Below, piece after piece: positions 58,364 through 64,000 of a DNA stretch of 64,000 nucleotides. The position numbers were made by a program, and so were the translations under genes. The DNA is from Candidatus Omnitrophica bacterium UBA6253 (GTDB taxonomy: Bacteria > Omnitrophota > Gorgyraeia > Gygaellales > Profunditerraquicolaceae): the NCBI GenBank assembly GCA_002441245.1, contig DJVP01000011.1, positions 53,295 through 117,294 on the forward strand, written 5' to 3'. Each line of letters opens with the position of its first letter. Within the stretch, counting starts at the first letter, position 1. The notes below the pieces were generated by a model that made no database searches, was not told where the DNA came from, and was given only the letters and a program-made list of their open reading frames with translations.

Positions 58364-59350
58364 GTGATGGAAAGTAAGTTTTGGAAAAACAAGAAGGTCT
58401 TAATTACAGGTTTTGAAGGATTCTTGGGGTCTAACCTTACTAAAGCGCTTTTCTCTTCAGGCGCAAGAATATTTGGTTTAGATATCAAGGTCAGAAGAAA
58501 AGAAACTATTTTAACTGAACCTGACTATAAGAAAATTAGTGTTATTAAGGGCAGCGTAGCTAACTATAAATTAGTTCAGGGGATTATAAATAAAAATAAG
58601 ATTAATGTGGTATTCCATCTGGCAGCAGAAGCAATTGTATGCAGATGCAATGATAAGCCATTAAATGCTTTTTCTTCGAATATCGAAGGCACATGGAATA
58701 TTCTGGAGGCATGCAGGAATTTAAGAAATATTCAATCAATTATTATTGCTTCTAGCGATAAGGCATACGGCAGTCATAAGAAACTTCCTTATTATGAAGA
58801 TGCGCCATTGCAAGGTAATCATCCTTATGACGTGTCTAAAAGTTGCGCTGACCTGATAGCTTATACTTACGCGCATACTTATAGTTTACCGGTAGCGGTT
58901 ACCAGGTGCGGTAATATATACGGGCCGGGTGATTTTAATTTCAGCCGGCTTATTCCTGATGCGATGCGTTGTTTGTCTGAAGGCAAAACTTTACAGGTGC
59001 GCAGCGATGGTAGATTTATCCGCGATTATGTTTATATTGATGATATTGTAGGCGGTTACTTACGAATAGCCGAGTTATTAAAAAAGAAGGGGCTTTCCGG
59101 TGAATCGTTTAATTTAAGCAATGAGTGTCCGTTGACAGTCATTGAATTGTTGCAGAAAATAACCAAACTTAATTTATGCGGCAGTAAGTTAAGTTATAAG
59201 GTTCTGGATGTGGTAAAATACGAGATTAAGAAACAATACCTTTCTTCAGCTAAGGCCAGGCGTGTCTTAGACTGGAAGCCCGCTTATAGCTTAGGTGATG
59301 GTTTAAAAAAGACTGCCGAATGGTATTTTAGCCATTTTTCTAAAATATGA
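58364..59350 (+). CDS. rfbG: CDP-glucose 4,6-dehydratase
   Basis: VLITGFEGFLGSNL...YDVSKSCADLIAYTY. Confidence 0.8.
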   Translation: MMESKFWKNKKVLITGFEGFLGSNLTKALFSSGARIFGLDIKVRRKETILTEPDYKKISVIKGSVANYKLVQGIINKNKINVVFHLAAEAIVCRCNDKPLNAFSSNIEGTWNILEACRNLRNIQSIIIASSDKAYGSHKKLPYYEDAPLQGNHPYDVSKSCADLIAYTYAHTYSLPVAVTRCGNIYGPGDFNFSRLIPDAMRCLSEGKTLQVRSDGRFIRDYVYIDDIVGGYLRIAELLKKKGLSGESFNLSNECPLTVIELLQKITKLNLCGSKLSYKVLDVVKYEIKKQYLSSAKARRVLDWKPAYSLGDGLKKTAEWYFSHFSKI

Positions 59351-60087
59351 AGATATATTTTTTAGGGACGATGGGTTGGTTTGATACAAAGCTTGGCAAT
59401 ACGCTTTGTGTTTTGGTGGACACAGGCAAGGAATATATCATATTTGATGCCGGGACAGGTTTCTCTAAGATTGATAATTATATAAAAGACAGGCGTCCTA
59501 TCTATCTTTTTCTAAGCCATTTTCACCTGGATCATATTATTGGCCTGCATACTTTGAATAAATTTTCTTTTCCCCAGGGCATCAATGTTTTCGGGCCAAA
59601 AGGCGTCAAAAAAATGTTCAGCCTTATGATTAATGCGCCGTATTCCAAGCCTGTCAATAAACTTAAATTAGGGATTAAAGTTTCAGAAATTAGCCATAAA
59701 TCAAAATTTCCTTTTAATATCAAGTATAAGGAACTTTTACATACAACAGTTTGCTATGGATACCGGTTGGCCGCAGGGGGCAGCTCTATAGCCTTTTGCA
59801 CTGACACTGGCCCATGTAAATCAATAAACTCCTTGGGCGCAAACACAGATGTTTTAATAACCGAATCATCTTTACCTCCCGGCATTGTTGATAGAGGATG
59901 GCCGCATTTAAATCCTGAACAGGCAGCTAGAGCAGCCAAAACTTCAAAGGCAAAGAAATTAGTTTTAGTCCATTTTGACGCTGGCGATTATCCAAAGGAG
60001 ATCGATATAGGGTCAGCTGAGAAATCCGCCCGGAAGATCTTTAAAAACACAATAGCCGCAAGGGACGGGGATTGTTTGGATGTTTAA
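59347..60087 (+). CDS. MBL-fold metallo-hydrolase
   Basis: HxHxDH motif LSHFHLDHIIGL. Confidence 0.7.
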   Translation: MKIYFLGTMGWFDTKLGNTLCVLVDTGKEYIIFDAGTGFSKIDNYIKDRRPIYLFLSHFHLDHIIGLHTLNKFSFPQGINVFGPKGVKKMFSLMINAPYSKPVNKLKLGIKVSEISHKSKFPFNIKYKELLHTTVCYGYRLAAGGSSIAFCTDTGPCKSINSLGANTDVLITESSLPPGIVDRGWPHLNPEQAARAAKTSKAKKLVLVHFDAGDYPKEIDIGSAEKSARKIFKNTIAARDGDCLDV

Positions 60088-61130
60088 AATACATGACTAA
60101 TCAAATTAGTTTACCAAAAGACGATCTGGAACACATATTAAATAAAACACGCAGCTTATTTAAGGATGCTTATAAGAAGAAGTTTTTTATGACCGGCGGC
60201 ACTGGTTTTTTTGGGTTATGGCTATTAGAAAGCTTTGTTTGGATAAATGAGAAGCTTAATCTTAACGCTTCTGTGGTAGTCTTGTCACGCAAACCTGAGA
60301 TTTTTAAAGAAAAGTATCCTTATTTTAAGAAAATTAAATCTGTAAAATTTATTAAAGGTGATGTAAGTTCCTTTAGGTTTCCTAAAGGGCAGTATCACTA
60401 CATTATTCATGCTGCTACTGATAACAATCTTTCTTCGTCTCCATTGGATTTGTTTAGGAATAATATTGCCGGTACACAAAGAGTACTTGATTTTGCCAGG
60501 ACATGCCATAATGAAGCATTTCTTTTTACCAGTTCAGGGGCTGTTTATGGAGAACAGCCGTTTAAAATGTTGCGTATTCCGGAAGATTATCAGGGAGCAC
60601 CGGCCACTATTAATATTAATTCTGCTTATGGAGAGAGTAAAAGAGTTTCTGAGTTTTATTGCGCAAATTATGCCAGGGAGTTTGGCATTAACGTTAAGAT
60701 AGCGAGATGTTTTGCTTTTTTAGGGCCAAATCTACCGTTAAATATTAATTTTGCAGTGGGTAATTTTGTCAGAGATGCTCTGAATGGCGAGCCGATATGC
60801 GTAAAGAGCAATAAGCGCATATATCGTTCTTATTTATATTCGGCTGATCTTGTTATTTGGCTGTGGACAATTCTATTTAGAGGCAAGACAAATAAGCCAT
60901 ATAATGTTGGCTCGCCTAAACCTTGTTCTATAGTAGAATTAGCTGATTTAGTAGCAGAGGTTTTTTCCCCCAAGGTAAAAGTAGAAATTAAAAATAAAAC
61001 TAAGAATAATCTTAAACACATTGAACGCTATGTGCCTGACACTAATTTGGCGAAAAAAGAATTAGGCTTGCGTCAATTTATCAGTTTAACAGCCGGTATT
61101 CGCAAGATGGTTAATTATTATCGTTCTTAA
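60072..61130 (+). CDS. NAD(P)-dependent sugar-nucleotide epimerase/reductase (extended SDR)
   Basis: FFMTGGTGFFGLWL...YGESKRVSEFYCANY (YxxxK). Confidence 0.7.
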   Translation: MFGCLKYMTNQISLPKDDLEHILNKTRSLFKDAYKKKFFMTGGTGFFGLWLLESFVWINEKLNLNASVVVLSRKPEIFKEKYPYFKKIKSVKFIKGDVSSFRFPKGQYHYIIHAATDNNLSSSPLDLFRNNIAGTQRVLDFARTCHNEAFLFTSSGAVYGEQPFKMLRIPEDYQGAPATININSAYGESKRVSEFYCANYAREFGINVKIARCFAFLGPNLPLNINFAVGNFVRDALNGEPICVKSNKRIYRSYLYSADLVIWLWTILFRGKTNKPYNVGSPKPCSIVELADLVAEVFSPKVKVEIKNKTKNNLKHIERYVPDTNLAKKELGLRQFISLTAGIRKMVNYYRS

Positions 61131-61175
61131 ATGATGTTTGATGGACGACTGAAAGTAATCTAAAGAGGAGAGAAA

Positions 61176-62048
61176 ATGGCAGAAATAAAGATTGGAGATG
61201 TTTTAATAGGTGATAATCATCCTTGTTATATTGTTGCCGAAATCGGGATTAACCATAATGGGGATGTGGGGATAGCTAAAAGGTTGATTGATGTTGCGGT
61301 GGTGGCAGGCTGCAATGCGGTTAAATTCCAAAAACGCGATCCGGATTCATGTGTGCCATTGTCACAGCAGAATAAAATGAGAGAGACTCCTTGGGGTTAT
61401 ATTACTTATTTAGAATACCGTCGTAAAGTTGAATTTGGGGAAAAGGAATACAAGGAGATAGATGACTATTGCCGGAAAAAGAATGTCCAGTGGTTTGTTT
61501 CTTCCTGGGACCAAGTATCCTTAGAAGCTTTAGCGGATTTTGATTTGCCTTGCTATAAGATATCGTCCGCCTGCCTTACGGATATTAATTTATTAAAGGC
61601 ATTCCGTTCAAAGAAAAAGCCGCTTATTTTATCTACGGGGATGAGTACGATAGAGCAAATAGATAAGGCTGTGGAAGTCCTGGGCAAAAAAGATTTAATT
61701 ATTTTGCATTCTACAAGCACCTATCCGGCTTATTATGAAGAATTAAATTTACGTGCCATTAAGACTTTGAGAGAACGTTATGGTGTTTTGGTGGGGTATT
61801 CCGGTCATGAAACAGGCATTGCTTCTTCGGTTGCTGCGGTTGCCTTAGGGGCTTGCATGATCGAACGCCATATAACTTTAGATAGGTCAATGTGGGGTTC
61901 TGACCAGGCGGCATCATTAGAACCAAGCGGCACAATAAGGCTTGTCCGCGATATAAGGCTGGTAGAGACATCGATGGGTGATGGTATCAAGCGCGTATTT
62001 GACCGGGAATTGCCAATTATGGAAAGATTACGCAGGGTTGAAAACTAA
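61176..62048 (+). CDS. NeuB-family (N-acetylneuraminate/pseudaminate synthase-like) aldolase, short form lacking the antifreeze-like C-domain
   Basis: PCYIVAEIGINHNGDVGIAKRLIDVAVVAGCNAVKFQKR is the NeuB/PseI/LegI signature. 290 aa. Confidence 0.8.
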   Translation: MAEIKIGDVLIGDNHPCYIVAEIGINHNGDVGIAKRLIDVAVVAGCNAVKFQKRDPDSCVPLSQQNKMRETPWGYITYLEYRRKVEFGEKEYKEIDDYCRKKNVQWFVSSWDQVSLEALADFDLPCYKISSACLTDINLLKAFRSKKKPLILSTGMSTIEQIDKAVEVLGKKDLIILHSTSTYPAYYEELNLRAIKTLRERYGVLVGYSGHETGIASSVAAVALGACMIERHITLDRSMWGSDQAASLEPSGTIRLVRDIRLVETSMGDGIKRVFDRELPIMERLRRVEN

Positions 62049-62053
62049 AATCT

Positions 62054-63850
62054 ATGATTAAGCTTAGTGATTATGTTTTTAATTTTATCGCCAATCTAGG
62101 CGTTAAACATATTTTTATGGTTCCCGGTGGAGGCGCAATGCATTTGAATAATGCGCTTGGCCGGAATAAAAATATCAGATTTGTTTGTAATCTTCATGAA
62201 CAGGCAAGCGCTATTGCCGCAGAAGGCTACGCTAGAGTCACAAATAACCTGGGGGTAGCGTTGGTTACTACTGGCCCCGGCGGGACAAATGCCGTTACCG
62301 GGGTTGCAGGTGCATGGCTTGATTCTACTCCCTGCTTGTTTATTTCCGGCCAGGTAAAACTATCTGATTTAAAAGGTAATTCCGGAGTTAGGCAGCTTGG
62401 CGTTCAGGAAATAGATATTGTTTCCATTGTTAAGCCAATCACTAAATATGCCGTTACAATAATTAATCCTGATGAAATACGCTATCACTTGGAGAAAGCT
62501 GTATTTCTGGCTAAAAGCGGCAGGCCCGGGCCTGTGTGGATAGATATTCCATTGGACGTCCAGGCGGCAATGATTAATCCGCATAAACTAAAGAGTTTTA
62601 AAGAAGCGAATACTGAGATTAGCGTAAGGGGTAATTTTATAAGTACTAAAGTATCCCAGGTAATTGATCTATTGAATGCATCAGAAAGGCCGGTATTATT
62701 AGCAGGAAATGGGATAAGATTAGCTGGTGTAAAAGAAGAGTTCTTGAAATTAGCGGATAAATTAAATATTCCCGTTTTAACAACTTGGTTGGGATTGGAT
62801 TTAATTGGTGATTCTCATAAGTTGTATTTTGGCCGTCCGGGTTCAATTGCTTCGCGCGGAGCCAATTTCACTTTGCAAAATTCAGATTTCCTGTTGTGTG
62901 TTGGTGCCAGGCTTGATATGGCTATGGTTGGATATGATTATAGTAAATTGGCAAGATTAGCTAAAAAGGTAGTGGTTAATATTGACCAATCGGAAATTGA
63001 TAAGATAAAAGCGCGTATAGATATTCCGGTTTGCGCCGATGCAGGAGTTTTTATTAAAGAGTTTTTGTATCAAAGAAATAAAATTAAGAATAATCCAAGA
63101 AAGGCATGGTTTAGCTACTGCCGGAAATTGAAGAAGAAATATCCTATTATCCTGCCTCAATATAAGGCTTATAAAAAGTATGTCAGTACCTATGTTTTTT
63201 CGGATGTTCTTTCCGGTGTTTTAAAAAGCAGCGATATCTTAGTGCCTATGAGTGCTGGTTTTTGCGCAGAATTGATTTTCTTATCGTTAAGAATTAAAAA
63301 TGGGCTAAGGGTTTTTCATAACCGCGGCACAGGCTCTATGGGTTTTGCTATTCCTTCCAGTATTGGGGCGTGTTTGGCTTCCGGTGGAAAACGGACAATA
63401 TGCATAGAAGGAGACGGGGGTTTCCAGTTTAACTTTCAGGAGTTAGAAACAATTAAAAGATTAAAACTGCCGATCAAAATTTTTGTTTTTAATAATAAGG
63501 GTTACGCTTCGATTCGTTCTTCACAGATGAAATATTTTGGGACAAAATTCGGCGCTGATGAATCAAGCGGATTATCTTTTCCGGATACGATCAAAATAGC
63601 CAAGGCTTATGGTTTTAAAAGCAACCGTATTCTTAGCCACGTTGATATTGAAAAGAAGATTGCAGGGTTCTTGAGGTTGACGGGCCCGGCTCTATGCGAA
63701 GTAATGATAAAACCGGATGAAATAAGGGCCCCAAGTTTGGCATCGCGTCAGCAGGCTGATGGCGCGATGGTATCTGCTCCTTTGGAAGATTTGTGGCCAT
63801 TTTTACCCAGGAATGAATTTTTATCTAATATGCTTACTCCGGCATTATAA
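62054..63850 (+). CDS. Thiamine-pyrophosphate-dependent enzyme (acetolactate-synthase-like; YerE-like candidate)
   Basis: An N-terminal Pyr domain, a central domain, and a C-terminal PP domain with the TPP-binding motif GDGGFQFN...NN. 598 aa. Confidence 0.8.
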   Translation: MIKLSDYVFNFIANLGVKHIFMVPGGGAMHLNNALGRNKNIRFVCNLHEQASAIAAEGYARVTNNLGVALVTTGPGGTNAVTGVAGAWLDSTPCLFISGQVKLSDLKGNSGVRQLGVQEIDIVSIVKPITKYAVTIINPDEIRYHLEKAVFLAKSGRPGPVWIDIPLDVQAAMINPHKLKSFKEANTEISVRGNFISTKVSQVIDLLNASERPVLLAGNGIRLAGVKEEFLKLADKLNIPVLTTWLGLDLIGDSHKLYFGRPGSIASRGANFTLQNSDFLLCVGARLDMAMVGYDYSKLARLAKKVVVNIDQSEIDKIKARIDIPVCADAGVFIKEFLYQRNKIKNNPRKAWFSYCRKLKKKYPIILPQYKAYKKYVSTYVFSDVLSGVLKSSDILVPMSAGFCAELIFLSLRIKNGLRVFHNRGTGSMGFAIPSSIGACLASGGKRTICIEGDGGFQFNFQELETIKRLKLPIKIFVFNNKGYASIRSSQMKYFGTKFGADESSGLSFPDTIKIAKAYGFKSNRILSHVDIEKKIAGFLRLTGPALCEVMIKPDEIRAPSLASRQQADGAMVSAPLEDLWPFLPRNEFLSNMLTPAL

Positions 63851-63865
63851 AGCTATAGGGAGAAA

Positions 63866-64000
63866 ATGATGATCTCTAAAAATGAATTGCTGAAGCTTTT
63901 TAAGAAGGTGGAACTGATTGTTTTTGATTTTGATGGGGTGTTTACCGATAACCGGGTATTGGTTATGCAGGACGGGAAAGAAGGGGTCTTCTGCAGTAGG
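63866..64000 (+). CDS. HAD-IIIA phosphatase (KdsC/KDO-8-P or nonulosonate-9-P phosphatase-like), 5' fragment
   Basis: The N-terminus LIVFDFDGVFTDNRV carries the DxDGV HAD motif I. It is truncated by the window end. Confidence 0.5.
   Translation, partial: MMISKNELLKLFKKVELIVFDFDGVFTDNRVLVMQDGKEGVFCSR

Noticed and set aside
1288-62584. All minus-strand ORFs in the track (e.g. 1288-1536, 7621-8145, 14507-15088, 17252-17779, 25638-25961, 55383-55868, 56381-56893)
   Set aside because: Each lies wholly inside a longer + strand gene that has clear family motifs. They have no start or RBS context, and low-complexity translations typical of antisense frames.

Overview
AT-rich bacterial window (roughly 40% GC by eye) with every credible gene on the + strand. 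Many genes overlap their neighbours by 1-23 nt, which suggests long polycistronic units. (1) 1-8.7 kb is a type IV pilus module: prepilin-type minor pilins, a PilM-PilN fusion, PilO, a PilP-like protein, a pilin with a Ser/Thr/Gly-rich C-terminus, a GT-C-like membrane protein with C-terminal TPR repeats, and a PilQ secretin. (2) 9-19.9 kb is housekeeping: RNase G/E, rplU-obg, proBA, nadD, rpe, phosphohexomutase, plsC, rpsA, tyrS. (3) From about 20 kb to the window end is one very large surface-glycan locus. It holds a SemiSWEET transporter, dTDP/GDP/CDP-sugar pathways, a Wzm/Wzt ABC exporter, many GT2/GT4/GT-C transferases and a polyprenyl-P sugar phosphotransferase. It also holds three B12-binding radical-SAM paralogs, a FabH/SDR/ACP acyl-modification block, a NeuB-like synthase, a YerE-like TPP enzyme, and an embedded response-regulator/PAS-kinase/response-regulator unit. 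The most striking non-genic signal is a family of about 11 copies of a ~50-60 bp module between 14.39 and 28.33 kb. Each module ends in the dyad GTAGAC-W-GTCTAC, usually within TTACGTAGACWGTCTAC. Copies occur in both orientations, singly or as inverted doublets (REPIN-like), exactly at stop/start codon boundaries. One pair flanks an IS200-like REP-associated tyrosine transposase gene (HuH motif HYH, NPVRAG motif) at 19918-20764. Several modules carry a TATAAT or extended -10 immediately upstream of the next gene. I consider this RAYT/REPIN-like system, with its possible role as a portable regulatory cassette of the glycan locus, the main candidate for an undescribed system. No rRNA, tRNA or CRISPR array is supported.
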